DNA from: an uncultured Pelagibacteraceae bacterium
Lineage (GTDB): Bacteria; Pseudomonadota; Alphaproteobacteria; Pelagibacterales; Pelagibacteraceae
Assembly (NCBI GenBank): GCA_902514745.1
Contig: CABXRX010000001.1
Coordinates: forward strand, 9,130 to 73,129
Reading direction: 5' to 3'
DNA: 64,000 nt
This document shows positions 10,234 to 20,828 of this stretch, piece after piece (positions within the stretch are counted from its first letter, which is position 1; each line of letters starts with the position of its first letter). The position numbers and the translations under genes are program-made. Below the pieces are notes generated by a model that was given only the letters and a program-made list of their open reading frames with translations, did not search any database and was not told the origin of the DNA.

Positions 10234-11337
10234 ATGGATGATATTGTAGTAATTGGTGGTGGCATAATTGGAGCTGCAACAGCTTATTTTTTATCTAAAG
10301 AAGGAAGAAAAGTTAAAGTTATAGAGAGAGATCCAACATATAAAACTGCTTCATTCCCATTGTCATTAGGTGGTTTTAGAAGACAGTTTTTTCAAAGAGA
10401 AAATATTTTACTTGGAAAGTTTGCAAGAGAATTTATCTATCAAATTCCCGATTTATTAAAAACTAAAAAAAATCCAAACCCTACTGCAAGTATGGTAACT
10501 AATGGATATCTTTTAATGTTTGGTCCAGAACATGCTGAAGAACAATACAGAGCTTTAGAAAATCATAAAGAATGTGATGCAGGTACAAAAAATATTAAAG
10601 GATCAGAATTATCAAAAATATTTCCCTATGTTAATAATGAGGGAATTGAAACTGCTACATACACAGATAATAAAAGCGAAGGATGGATCGATCCTTTTAT
10701 GTTTCATAGTGCACTTAAAAGTAAAGCCATAGAGCTCGGAGCTGAGTTTATAAAAGGTGAAGTTAAAAGTATTTCTGAAATAAAAGCTAAAACAATTGTT
10801 TCTGCGGCAGGTTGTTGGACTAAAGAATTACTTGAAGATATTCCTGTTGTTCCACAAAAACATACAGTTTTTAGAGTTAAATGTCCAAATTATATAAAAG
10901 AAATGCCATTAACAGGTGATTTAACAACAGGGGTATATTGGCGACCAGAGGGTGGAGAGTATCTAGCCGGTTCACCACTTTCTGTTTTTGATGCTGATGA
11001 TTTGGAACCAGCGTGGAACGATTTTGAAGAATTGGTATGGCCAGCGCTTGCAAAAAGAATACCTGCTTTTGAAGAATTAAAGTTAACAGGTGGATGGGCA
11101 GGATATTATGATTGTAATAAATTAGACAATAACGCTGTTGTTGGTAAACATCCTAAATATGAAAATGTTTACATGGCCTCAGGATTTACAGGACGCGGTT
11201 TAATGCAAGCGCCAGGAATTGGACGAGCATTAACTGAACTTATTACTACCGGATCTTACCAGACAATTGATATAAGTGAATTTGCAGTTGAAAGAGTTTT
11301 AGGTAAAACTGCTAGACCAGAACCATACGTATTATAA
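10234..11337 (+). CDS. FAD-dependent oxidoreductase (DAO / sarcosine oxidase beta / FOXRED1-like)
   Basis: GGGIIG, WAGYYD and GFTGRGLMQAPGIG motifs. Confidence 0.85.
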   Translation: MDDIVVIGGGIIGAATAYFLSKEGRKVKVIERDPTYKTASFPLSLGGFRRQFFQRENILLGKFAREFIYQIPDLLKTKKNPNPTASMVTNGYLLMFGPEHAEEQYRALENHKECDAGTKNIKGSELSKIFPYVNNEGIETATYTDNKSEGWIDPFMFHSALKSKAIELGAEFIKGEVKSISEIKAKTIVSAAGCWTKELLEDIPVVPQKHTVFRVKCPNYIKEMPLTGDLTTGVYWRPEGGEYLAGSPLSVFDADDLEPAWNDFEELVWPALAKRIPAFEELKLTGGWAGYYDCNKLDNNAVVGKHPKYENVYMASGFTGRGLMQAPGIGRALTELITTGSYQTIDISEFAVERVLGKTARPEPYVL

Positions 11338-11338
11338 T

Positions 11339-12808
11339 TTAAGTACCACAAAAAGTTTGATATTTTTCTCCAGATATCGGGGCAGGGACTTGGTATTCTT
11401 CAATTTCATTCTGATTTTTATAGGGATTTTTTAATATAGCATTAAGCTTGTTCATCTTTTCTAAATTACCTTTGTTGGCTTCTTTTAATGCTTCTTCTAC
11501 TTTATGATTTCTTGGAATAACAATTGGATTAGTTTTTTTCATTAGTTTAATTTGTTTTTCTTTCGAAGGACTATTTAATTTAGATCTTTTTTTCCATCTA
11601 TTTAACCATTCTATAAAATTTTTATCCTTATAATCTTTATCGTCTATTTTGATTTCCATTAAATGACAAAAAGTGTTTGTATAATCAACTTTATTTTTTT
11701 CCATCCAATTAAATAAATCATTAATTAATTTTTTATCCTCTTTATCTTCTCCAAATAGACCAAGTTTATCTCTCATCATATTTAACCATTTTTCCTCATA
11801 AATATTTTGAAAATTATCAATTAAATCAGTTACAATTTTAATTGAAGCATCTTCATTTTTGTCGATGAGTGGAATAAGACATTCAGCGAATCTAGCTAAA
11901 TTCCACTTTGTAATAGGAGGTTGATTAGAATAAGCATATCTTCCAAATTTATCTATAGAACTAAATACTGTTTTTGGATCATACTGATCCATAAAAGCAC
12001 ATGGTCCATAATCAATCGTTTCTCCAGATATTGCCATATTATCTGTGTTCATTACTCCGTGGATAAATCCTACTCGCATCCAGTTAATTACTAATTGACA
12101 TTGATTTTCCATTACTAAGTTTAGTAAATCTAAAGCTTTTGTTTTAGATGATTTAATTTGTGGATAATGTCTCTCCACAGTGTAGTCAACTAATGTGTTA
12201 AGGTTTTCAATATTTTGTTTTGCAGTGATATATTGAAAAGTTCCAACACGTAAATGACTTGAAGCAACTCTTGTTAAGATCGCTCCTTCCAGTAAATTAT
12301 CTCTTACAACTTTTTCACCGGTTTTTACTACAGCTAGACTTCTGGTTGTTGGAATGTTTAAGGCATGGATAGCCTCACTAATAACATATTCTCTTAACAT
12401 TGGACCTAGAACAGCACGACCATCACCGCTTCTTGAAAAAGACGTTCTTCCAGAACCCTTAAATTGAATATCAAATCTATTGGAATTATTGTCTAAATGC
12501 TCTCCTAATAAAACAGCTCTGCCGTCTCCAAGCATAGTAAAATGACCAAATTGATGACCTGCATATGCTTGAGCAATTGTATTAGATCCTTCAGGTAATA
12601 AATTTCCCGAAAATAACTTGGCTAAATTCATAGTATTAACATTTGAAAAATCTAAATTTAAATCTGTGGCTAGTTCTTCGTTAAATATTACTAATTCAGG
12701 GTTATGTACTGGGGTAGGTTTAATGTGTTCTTTAAATATATTCGGTAATTTGGAGTAGGAATTGTCAAAAAACCAATTAATATTTTTTATTTTTTTTGAT
12801 TTATTCAT
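11339..12808 (-). CDS. selO: Protein adenylyltransferase SelO/YdiU
   Basis: YAGHQFG, LGDGRA, GFIHGVMNTDN, IDYGP and C-terminal TFCGT motifs. Confidence 0.95.
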   Translation of the reverse strand: MNKSKKIKNINWFFDNSYSKLPNIFKEHIKPTPVHNPELVIFNEELATDLNLDFSNVNTMNLAKLFSGNLLPEGSNTIAQAYAGHQFGHFTMLGDGRAVLLGEHLDNNSNRFDIQFKGSGRTSFSRSGDGRAVLGPMLREYVISEAIHALNIPTTRSLAVVKTGEKVVRDNLLEGAILTRVASSHLRVGTFQYITAKQNIENLNTLVDYTVERHYPQIKSSKTKALDLLNLVMENQCQLVINWMRVGFIHGVMNTDNMAISGETIDYGPCAFMDQYDPKTVFSSIDKFGRYAYSNQPPITKWNLARFAECLIPLIDKNEDASIKIVTDLIDNFQNIYEEKWLNMMRDKLGLFGEDKEDKKLINDLFNWMEKNKVDYTNTFCHLMEIKIDDKDYKDKNFIEWLNRWKKRSKLNSPSKEKQIKLMKKTNPIVIPRNHKVEEALKEANKGNLEKMNKLNAILKNPYKNQNEIEEYQVPAPISGEKYQTFCGT

Positions 12809-12845
12809 AAAAAAAGCGATTTATGAAAGTATAAATCGCTTTTTT
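12809..12845. terminator. Intrinsic terminator hairpin downstream of fdh
   Basis: AAAAAAAGCGATTTAT-GAAAGT-ATAAATCGCTTTTTT inverted repeat with T tracts on both strands. Confidence 0.85.
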
Positions 12846-12859
12846 CTTTGAATGAAGTT

Positions 12860-14056
12860 TTATTTTTTGTATTTTGCCGCTTCTTCAGAACCACCTGTTG
12901 CAGTACCCTTGCTATATGAGTGCGCACCCATTCCTGCAAGCTCTCCGTTTTGAACTATCAAATACTGATTTCTTATTTCTTTTTTTTCAAAGAAACATTC
13001 TAAAATTTCTCTTACACCATCAGCATATCTTGTTTGAGCTGAAAGAGACGTACCTGACGTATGGGGTGTCATTCCATGATTAGGCATTGATCTCCAAGGA
13101 TGATCATTAGGAGCTGGTTGTGGAAACCACACATCTCCTGCATATCCACTTAGTTGACCAGATTTGAGAGCAGCAGCTATAGCATCTTTATCACAGATTT
13201 TACCTCTAGCTGTGTTAACAATGTAAGCTCCTTTTTTCATTTTACTAATCATTTTTTCATCAAATAGATGTTCAGTTTCTGGGTGAAGAGGACAGTTAAT
13301 TGTTACTACATCACAAACTTTAACCATTGACTCAACTGAATCATGAAAAGTTAAATTCAATTCTTTTTCAACTGCTTCTGGTAATCTATGTCTATCAAAG
13401 TAGTGAAGATGAGTATCGAATGGTTTCATTTTTCTTAGGGCATCTAAGCCAATTCTTCCTGCAGCAACTGTTCCAATATGCATGCCTTCTACATCATAAG
13501 ATCGCTGAACTGCATCAGCTATATTCCAACCACCATTATTAACAATAGCATATTGTGTGTGGTAATCTCTAACCATAGAAACAATCATCATAACAATATG
13601 TTCCGCGACTGATCTTGAATTACAATAAGTAACTTCTACAACATCAACTTTTCGATCCATTGCTGCCTGTAAATCAACATGGTCAGAACCAATACCTGCC
13701 GTGATTGCCATTTTTAAATTTGGAGCTGTTTCCATTTTAGCTCTAGTTAAGTAATATGGAAAAAAAGGTTGAGAAATAACTATATCAGCATCAACTAATT
13801 CTTTATCTGCTGTACAACCTTCTCCATCTTTATCTGAAGTTACTACTAACTGATGTCCATTGCTCTCTAAAAATTTTCTCAATCCAAGTTCACCCGAAAC
13901 ACATCCTAATAAATCCCCTGGATTGAAATCCCTACCACTTGGAGATGGTAAAGTCATGCCATCTGGGTATTTTTCTATCTTTGGAAGACTATCTAAAGCA
14001 TAGCTTTTAGGCATACCATCTTTAGGATCATCATATAAAACACATAATATTTTCAT
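12860..14056 (-). CDS. fdh: NAD-dependent (metal-independent) formate dehydrogenase
   Basis: LLGCVSGELGLR, AAGRIG, GDVWFPQPAP and MTPHTSG motifs of Pseudomonas-type FDH. Confidence 0.95.
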   Translation of the reverse strand: MKILCVLYDDPKDGMPKSYALDSLPKIEKYPDGMTLPSPSGRDFNPGDLLGCVSGELGLRKFLESNGHQLVVTSDKDGEGCTADKELVDADIVISQPFFPYYLTRAKMETAPNLKMAITAGIGSDHVDLQAAMDRKVDVVEVTYCNSRSVAEHIVMMIVSMVRDYHTQYAIVNNGGWNIADAVQRSYDVEGMHIGTVAAGRIGLDALRKMKPFDTHLHYFDRHRLPEAVEKELNLTFHDSVESMVKVCDVVTINCPLHPETEHLFDEKMISKMKKGAYIVNTARGKICDKDAIAAALKSGQLSGYAGDVWFPQPAPNDHPWRSMPNHGMTPHTSGTSLSAQTRYADGVREILECFFEKKEIRNQYLIVQNGELAGMGAHSYSKGTATGGSEEAAKYKK

Positions 14057-14147
14057 TTTTTATTTCTCTCTTTAATTAATTATTTTAAAATTTAGTTTAA
14101 CCATATAATCTTTATATAATATATAAAATAATTTAAAATTTATTAGA

Positions 14148-14633
14148 TTAACTTTTCCAATTACTTGGGTAGTTTTTCTTTAAAATAAAACGATTAATAA
14201 TAATTGCGTAAGCAATTATTATTATTAAACCAAATATAATTGGGTTTAATAAAAAATCATATGAAACAGCACCAAGTATTATAACAATAGGGTTACCACC
14301 TGCTGGTGGGTGAGTTACCCCCAGAAGTATCATTACAAAAATACCAAGACCTACAGCAATAGCTATTTGTAAAAATAGATCTACTGGAAGAAATTTTAAA
14401 ATTAATACTCCAACTATTGATGTTACTAAGTGTCCAAAAAAAACATTTTTAGGTTGTGCAAATGGACTTTCTGGATATCCAAAAAGCAAAACCATAGAAG
14501 AACCAAATGATCCAGCCAAAAATAGTCCGTATGGAGTTTCAAAACTTAAAAATGAAAGTGTTCCAATCGTAATTATAGAAAATATTAATGCAAATAGGGC
14601 TCTGTTAAAATTTTCTTTTATTATATTAATCAT
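14148..14633 (-). CDS. HPP family membrane protein
   Basis: SFGSS, PESPFAQP and THPPAG motifs. Confidence 0.9.
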   Translation of the reverse strand: MINIIKENFNRALFALIFSIITIGTLSFLSFETPYGLFLAGSFGSSMVLLFGYPESPFAQPKNVFFGHLVTSIVGVLILKFLPVDLFLQIAIAVGLGIFVMILLGVTHPPAGGNPIVIILGAVSYDFLLNPIIFGLIIIIAYAIIINRFILKKNYPSNWKS

Positions 14634-14711
14634 ACAAACTTTCTTTTTTTTACCCTTTGATTGATTTTAATACTTTAGATCATTATCTAAATTAATGATT
14701 TAATTATTATG

Positions 14712-15110
14712 CTAGAACTTTAAGGCTTTTGCAAGAGTTTTAATCGGTAGAAGTAAGCATTCTTTTCTGGATAAATTTTTTTTGTTTAAAATTTCTTTGA
14801 AATCAAACCAATGTTTTCCCAAATTTACTTTGATATTATTAAATAATTTATCTCCATTTAGGATTAGTGTTTTAATTTCATCTATCTTTTTACCTTTAAT
14901 TTTTCTTGATAATAAACTGACAGAAGCCTGACAATATACACAAGCTTTACTTTGGTAGCCCACATCTTTAACAATGCTATTCTTAACAATTAAACTTATT
15001 TCCATCTCATCACCACATAATGAATTTCTATACTTAGATTTGTGAGTATAATCTTCAATAACTTTATTGTTATCTGTATGGGAAGCAATTTCTAAAATTT
15101 TTAAATCCAT
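14712..15110 (-). CDS. NifU/IscU/SufU-like scaffold protein
   Basis: NSLCGDE, ACVYCQAS and RKECLLLP cysteine pattern. Confidence 0.8.
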   Translation of the reverse strand: MDLKILEIASHTDNNKVIEDYTHKSKYRNSLCGDEMEISLIVKNSIVKDVGYQSKACVYCQASVSLLSRKIKGKKIDEIKTLILNGDKLFNNIKVNLGKHWFDFKEILNKKNLSRKECLLLPIKTLAKALKF

Positions 15111-15220
15111 TATATGTCTTTAATTGATTTTTTGATATCTTATATTCTATAATAATCTAATTAAATATATAAATTTAAAAAAATTTTAAAATTTTAGAAA
15201 AAGTAAGAAGTAGATTTATA

Positions 15221-16474
15221 ATGATTAGCTATAAAGAATCTAGAAGGATTTTAAGAAAATCAATAATAAAAATTAAAGATGAAAGAATTAGTAGTATTTA
15301 TTCTTTAAACAGGGTTACTTCTTTAAATATATATTCTAGTATTAATTATCCTACAGGAGACAATACAGCATGTGATGGTTTTGCTATCAAATCAAGTGAT
15401 ACCAATAATATAAAAAAAAATTTTACACAGAAATTCAAGATTATAGGGTCTATATCAGCAGGTAATAAGCCTTTTAAAAAGAAAATTAGAAAATATGACA
15501 CAATAGAGATAATGACTGGTAGCATCATTCCAAAAGGTTTTGATACCATTATTCCTATTGAACAAATTATTTTCTATCCAAATAAAAAAAATAAGAAATA
15601 TATTTTAATAGATAAAAGAATAACTAAATATAATCATGTTAGATTTACTGGATCTGATTTCAAAAAAAAAGAAATAGTTGTAAAAAAAAATACAATTATT
15701 CAACCTAATCATATTTTAGCTTTTAAAACATTGGGCATTAAGAATATTACTGTTAAAAAAAAGATTAATATTCTTTTTTTCTCCACTGGAAACGAAATAT
15801 CTAATAGTGACAATATCCCTGATTGGAAAGTTAGAAATTCAAATAGTCATTATATTAAAAACCTAAATAACAACTTCTTATTTAATTTTAAAGATGGAGG
15901 TATTTTAAGGGATCAAGATCAAAAAGTTTTTAAGTCTAAAATAAAGAAAATGTTAAATTCTAATACCGATATAATGGTGACTTCAGGTGCTGTTTCTGCT
16001 GGTAAATATGATTTTATTCCTGAAGTTATTAAAAAATTTAAATTATCAAATTATTTTAAAAGTGTAGCAATAAGACCAGGGAAACCCATTTTATTTGCAA
16101 AAATTAAAAATAATCAGAAAGCCATTTTTGGATTACCTGGCAACCCAATGTCTTCTGCAGCTTGTTTTAGATTTTTTGTTTATACTTATATTTCGATCAT
16201 TTTGGGTTTAAATGATGAAAAACCAATTAAAGCTATTTTAAAAAATACTTTTATTAAAAAAAAGAATTTTACTAGATTTGCTAAAAGCAAACTAAACACA
16301 ACTAATAATGGAAAAATTGAAGTTGAAATTTTAAAAGGACAGGAGTCTTTTAGGATTAAATCGTTCATCAAGTCCAATATTTGGACATTACTGCCTGCTG
16401 GTAAGTCTAAATTTAAAAAAGGTGAGATTGTGGATTGTTTTTTTCCTAACCATTCTAACAAAACTTTAATTTAA
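15221..16474 (+). CDS. moeA: Molybdopterin molybdotransferase
   Basis: DGFA, IMTG, STGNE, TSGAVSAG, RPGKP and GLPGNP motifs. Confidence 0.92.
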   Translation: MISYKESRRILRKSIIKIKDERISSIYSLNRVTSLNIYSSINYPTGDNTACDGFAIKSSDTNNIKKNFTQKFKIIGSISAGNKPFKKKIRKYDTIEIMTGSIIPKGFDTIIPIEQIIFYPNKKNKKYILIDKRITKYNHVRFTGSDFKKKEIVVKKNTIIQPNHILAFKTLGIKNITVKKKINILFFSTGNEISNSDNIPDWKVRNSNSHYIKNLNNNFLFNFKDGGILRDQDQKVFKSKIKKMLNSNTDIMVTSGAVSAGKYDFIPEVIKKFKLSNYFKSVAIRPGKPILFAKIKNNQKAIFGLPGNPMSSAACFRFFVYTYISIILGLNDEKPIKAILKNTFIKKKNFTRFAKSKLNTTNNGKIEVEILKGQESFRIKSFIKSNIWTLLPAGKSKFKKGEIVDCFFPNHSNKTLI

Positions 16475-16525
16475 ACAATGTCATTTTTGTTGTAGTTAAA
16501 TCTATTTACAATTAAACATCCCTTT

Positions 16526-17431
16526 ATGTTTGAAGTTAAAAATCCCAAAATGGCTGTTCCCGTTGTTTTGTTTGCAGGTCTTATATGGTCTTTTGGTCCA
16601 TTGGTTGTTAGATATATGAATGATCCTCAATTAATTCCATGGCAATATATTTTTGGGAGAGGTCTTACAATATTTATCTTACTAAATTTATATTTATTTT
16701 TTGAAGAAGGTAAAAATTTTTATAAAAATTATCTTAGAATTGGCTTATCTGGTCTGTTAGGAGGATCAGGTTTGGGTGTTGCGATGATTTCATTTATGTT
16801 TTCTATAACTAATACTAGTGCAGCAATTACTTTATTATGTTTAGCAGCAATGCCATTTTTTACAGCTTTATTAGCTTTTTTATTTTTAAGAGAAAAAATT
16901 TCTTTAAATGTTTGGGTGTCGATTATAATTGCGACAGTTGGAATAGGAATAATGGCTGCAGGTAATAGCACAGAGACTTCTTTAATTGGATTTGTTTTTG
17001 GGATTACTTCATCAGTGGGCTTCGCTGTTTTTTCTGTATCACTTAGATGGCGTAAAGATACACCAAAGTTCACAACAACTGCGTTTGCAGGGTTATTCTG
17101 TGTAGTTTTTGCAACTATAATGATTTTTTATAAAGATTTAAATTTTTTTTCAACAAGTTACAATAGTTCATTATTTTCTTTACATGGAACATTAGTATGT
17201 TTGGGTTTGATTTTATACTCAATCGGATCAAAAGCAATTCCAGCCGCAGAGTTAACTTTGTTATCACTTACAGAAGTAATAGGTGGAATTTTTTGGGTTT
17301 GGCTACCTTTATTTGGCATCAATGAGATACCAACAACTAACACTATTATAGGTGGTTTTTTTCTTTTTATATCACTTACATATTATAGTTTAGTAATGAG
17401 ATGGAATAAAAGGTATATCGGATTGAATTAA
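16526..17431 (+). CDS. DMT/EamA family transporter
   Basis: About ten hydrophobic helices in two EamA repeats. Confidence 0.85.
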   Translation: MFEVKNPKMAVPVVLFAGLIWSFGPLVVRYMNDPQLIPWQYIFGRGLTIFILLNLYLFFEEGKNFYKNYLRIGLSGLLGGSGLGVAMISFMFSITNTSAAITLLCLAAMPFFTALLAFLFLREKISLNVWVSIIIATVGIGIMAAGNSTETSLIGFVFGITSSVGFAVFSVSLRWRKDTPKFTTTAFAGLFCVVFATIMIFYKDLNFFSTSYNSSLFSLHGTLVCLGLILYSIGSKAIPAAELTLLSLTEVIGGIFWVWLPLFGINEIPTTNTIIGGFFLFISLTYYSLVMRWNKRYIGLN

Positions 17432-17435
17432 TTTT

Positions 17436-18653
17436 ATGGAAAGGCCAGATTTTTTTTCACTAAAAAATGGGGAGAAAGTTAAACTTCCTTTTTCAGAATC
17501 TGAATACGGTCGAAGAGTAAATAATTTAAGAGCTATTATGGATAAAAATAACTTGGATATGGTTATTCTAACTTCAATGCATAACATAGCTTATTATACT
17601 GGCTTTATTTATTGTTCATTTGGAAGACCTTATGGATGTATAGTTACTAAAAATAAGATCTCAACAATTTCAGCAAATATTGACGCAAGCCAACCATGGA
17701 GAAGATCTCACTGTGACAATGTAATTTATACAGATTGGAAAAGAGACAACTTCTTAAAAGCTATAGTTTCAATTATTGGACGAGATGATCCTCCAAAAAA
17801 TATTGGACTTGAAAATGACCATGTTACTATAGATATGAGGGAAAAAATTGGTTCTATTTTTACTTTTTCTGTTTTTAACGATGTTTCTAAAGATTTAATG
17901 CAACTTAGAATGATAAAATCCAAAGAGGAAATTGAAATTATTAAAAATGGTGCAAGAATAGCTGATCTAGGAGGTGAAGAAATAGTTAAAAATATTAGAG
18001 AGGGGAATACAGAGATTGAAATTGCCATAGCTGGACGTGACCGTATGGAACGAGAAATTGTAAAAACATATCCTGAAGCTGAATATATGGATACTTGGGT
18101 TTGGTTTCAATCTGGTATTAATACGGATGGTGCGCATAATCCAAAAACTAATAGAAAATTAAATAAAGGAGATATTTTATCACTCAATACTTTTCCAATG
18201 ATTTCTGGATATTATACGGCATTAGAGAGAACATTATTTTTAAATTATGCTGATGATGAAAGCCTTAAAGCTTGGGAGGCGAATGTTAAAGTTCACAAAC
18301 GTGGACTAGAGTTAATTAAGCCAGGTATTAAGTGTTCTGATATTTGTCATGAGCTTAATGAATTATTTGCTGAACTTGGATATTTACAATACAGAACATT
18401 TGGATACGGGCATTCGTTTGGAGTACTTTCACATTTTTATGGAAGAGAAGCTGGACTAGAGCTTAGAGAAGATATTGACACGATACTTGAAGAAAATATG
18501 GTAGTTTCAATGGAACCAATGATCATGATACCAGAAGGAAACCCGGGTGCTGGTGGATATAGAGAGCATGACATATTAGTAATCGGCAAAGATAGTGCAG
18601 AGAATATAACAAAATTTCCTTTCGGCCCTGAGCATAATATAATAAAAAACTAA
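17436..18653 (+). CDS. Creatinase (M24 family amidinohydrolase)
   Basis: YCSFGRPYG, TWVWFQSGINTDGAHN, YTALERT, HFYGREAGLELRED and GYREHD motifs. Confidence 0.9.
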   Translation: MERPDFFSLKNGEKVKLPFSESEYGRRVNNLRAIMDKNNLDMVILTSMHNIAYYTGFIYCSFGRPYGCIVTKNKISTISANIDASQPWRRSHCDNVIYTDWKRDNFLKAIVSIIGRDDPPKNIGLENDHVTIDMREKIGSIFTFSVFNDVSKDLMQLRMIKSKEEIEIIKNGARIADLGGEEIVKNIREGNTEIEIAIAGRDRMEREIVKTYPEAEYMDTWVWFQSGINTDGAHNPKTNRKLNKGDILSLNTFPMISGYYTALERTLFLNYADDESLKAWEANVKVHKRGLELIKPGIKCSDICHELNELFAELGYLQYRTFGYGHSFGVLSHFYGREAGLELREDIDTILEENMVVSMEPMIMIPEGNPGAGGYREHDILVIGKDSAENITKFPFGPEHNIIKN

Positions 18654-18661
18654 TATATTTT

Positions 18662-19774
18662 ATGTCTAATAAAACTATCGTTAATAGTTGGAATGAATGG
18701 GATCCTCTAAAGCATGTAATTGTTGGTAGAGCTGATGGCACATGTATACCAGCTCCTGAACCAGCACTTGACGCAAAAGTTCCTGAGGATAGTGACATGA
18801 GAGGTCAATTTGGTCCAAGAACAAAAGATACCGTAGATAAAGCAAATCAGTTGTTAGATGATTTTTCTAATATGCTTATAAAAAGAGGAGTTAAAGTAGA
18901 TCGCCCTAGTCCAATTGATTTTAATCAAAAAACATCTACTCCAGATTGGGAAGCTGAAACAATGTTTGGTTGTATGCCGCCAAGAGATGTTTTGCTAACA
19001 GTAGGAAATGAGATGTTAGAGGCTACAATGAGTTACCGTTGTAGATGGTTTGAATATCTTTGCTATCGACCTTTGCTTCAAGAATATTATAATCAAGACC
19101 CAAATATGAGACATGAGTCTGCACCAAAACCAAGGTTAACAGATAAAGATTATAGAAAAGATTATTTGTCAGATAAAATTGGCATTCAAAAAAGATTAGA
19201 ATGGACTGAAGAAAAATTTTTTGTAACTACTGAAGAAGAGCCACTATTTGATGCAGCAGATGTACTTAGATTTGGTAAAGACCTTGTAGTTCAGCATGGT
19301 TTTACAACAAATTTAAAGGGGATTGATTGGTTAAAAAGACATTACAAAGATCATAGAGTGCATGCTGTAAATTTTCCAGGTGATCCTTATCCAATTCATA
19401 TTGATGCAACGTTTACTCCAATTAGAGAAGGATTGATTATAAACAACCCTCAAAGAAGATTACCAAAAGAACAGAGAAAATTATTTGAAGATAATGGATG
19501 GGAAATTATTGATAGTGCACAACCTGCTCATAATGAACCACCGCCTTTATGTTATTCATCTACTTGGTTATCAATGAATGTATTAGTTTTAGACCCTAAA
19601 ACAGTATGTGTTGAAAAAAGTGAAGTATATCAACAAGAGCAATTAGATAAATTAGATATGGAAGTTATTCCGGTAGATTTAAGAGATGCTTATGCATTTG
19701 GTGGAGGACTTCATTGTTGTACAGCAGATGTTTATAGAGAAGGTACTTTAAGAGATTATTTTCCAAAACAATAA
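18662..19774 (+). CDS. Glycine amidinotransferase-like enzyme (amidinotransferase family)
   Basis: NSWNEWDPL, MPPRD, FDAAD, HIDAT and GGGLHCCT (catalytic Asp/His/Cys). Confidence 0.9.
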   Translation: MSNKTIVNSWNEWDPLKHVIVGRADGTCIPAPEPALDAKVPEDSDMRGQFGPRTKDTVDKANQLLDDFSNMLIKRGVKVDRPSPIDFNQKTSTPDWEAETMFGCMPPRDVLLTVGNEMLEATMSYRCRWFEYLCYRPLLQEYYNQDPNMRHESAPKPRLTDKDYRKDYLSDKIGIQKRLEWTEEKFFVTTEEEPLFDAADVLRFGKDLVVQHGFTTNLKGIDWLKRHYKDHRVHAVNFPGDPYPIHIDATFTPIREGLIINNPQRRLPKEQRKLFEDNGWEIIDSAQPAHNEPPPLCYSSTWLSMNVLVLDPKTVCVEKSEVYQQEQLDKLDMEVIPVDLRDAYAFGGGLHCCTADVYREGTLRDYFPKQ

Positions 19775-19775
19775 T

Positions 19776-20828
19776 ATGGCTAAAATTAAAACGAAAAGAG
19801 AGCGGGTAAAATTCGCCTCAGATAATGTTGCTGGTGCGTGTCCTGAAGTTTTGGATGCAATTATTAAAGCAAATGATGGAGACAGTACTCCTTATGGAAA
19901 TGATCAAATCTCAACTGAGTTACAAGATAAATTTTCAGAAATTTTTGAAAGAGATGTAATCATTTTTCCAACTGCATCAGGCACAGCAGCTAATGCCTTG
20001 GCACTATCAACAATGACACCATCATTTGGAAACATTTATTGTCACAAGTTGTCTCATATAAATACAGACGAATGTGGTGCTCCAGAGTTTTATACAGGAG
20101 GTGGAAAACTAGTCACATTACAAGGAATTGATGGAAAAATAACAGATAAAGAATTAGATGAAGCTATTGGTGGAAAAGGTATTGTTCATCACACACAACC
20201 TTCATCAGTTAGCATTACACAAGTTTGTGAAACTGGAGAAGTTTATCAATTAGATGAAATTAAAAAAATTTCAGATGTCGCTCATAAACATAATCTTAAT
20301 ATGCACATGGATGGAGCAAGGTTTGCTAATGCATTAGTTTCTCTAGATGTAACACCAGCTGAAATGACGTGGAAATCAGGTATTGATGTATTGTCATTTG
20401 GGGCAACTAAAAATGGTTGTCTTGCTGCAGAAGCAATAATTTTTTTTAAGAAAGATTTAGTTGGCAATATTGCTTTTTTAATGAAAAGAGCAGGGCACTT
20501 ATTATCAAAAATGCGTTTTGTTTCAGCTCAATTAGACGCTTATATTTCAAATGATGTCTGGCTTAGAAATGCAAAACATGCAAATAAAATGGGGAAAAAA
20601 TTAAGCGAAGGATTAGCTTATCATCCAGATATTAAACTTTCATATCCAACGGAAGCTAACGAAGTATTTGCCAAATTTCCAAGAAACATGATCGAACATT
20701 TAAATTCTGAAGGTTATAAAATGAATGAAGAAGAGTTAGATGGTAAATCTGTAAGATTAGTTGCTGCTTGGAATACTCAAGAAGATGACGTTGATGGTTT
20801 GTTAGAGACTTTAAAAAATTCTAATTAG
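19776..20828 (+). CDS. ltaE: Low-specificity L-threonine aldolase
   Basis: FASDN, GTAAN, HMDGARFANA and SFGATKNG motifs. Confidence 0.92.
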   Translation: MAKIKTKRERVKFASDNVAGACPEVLDAIIKANDGDSTPYGNDQISTELQDKFSEIFERDVIIFPTASGTAANALALSTMTPSFGNIYCHKLSHINTDECGAPEFYTGGGKLVTLQGIDGKITDKELDEAIGGKGIVHHTQPSSVSITQVCETGEVYQLDEIKKISDVAHKHNLNMHMDGARFANALVSLDVTPAEMTWKSGIDVLSFGATKNGCLAAEAIIFFKKDLVGNIAFLMKRAGHLLSKMRFVSAQLDAYISNDVWLRNAKHANKMGKKLSEGLAYHPDIKLSYPTEANEVFAKFPRNMIEHLNSEGYKMNEEELDGKSVRLVAAWNTQEDDVDGLLETLKNSN

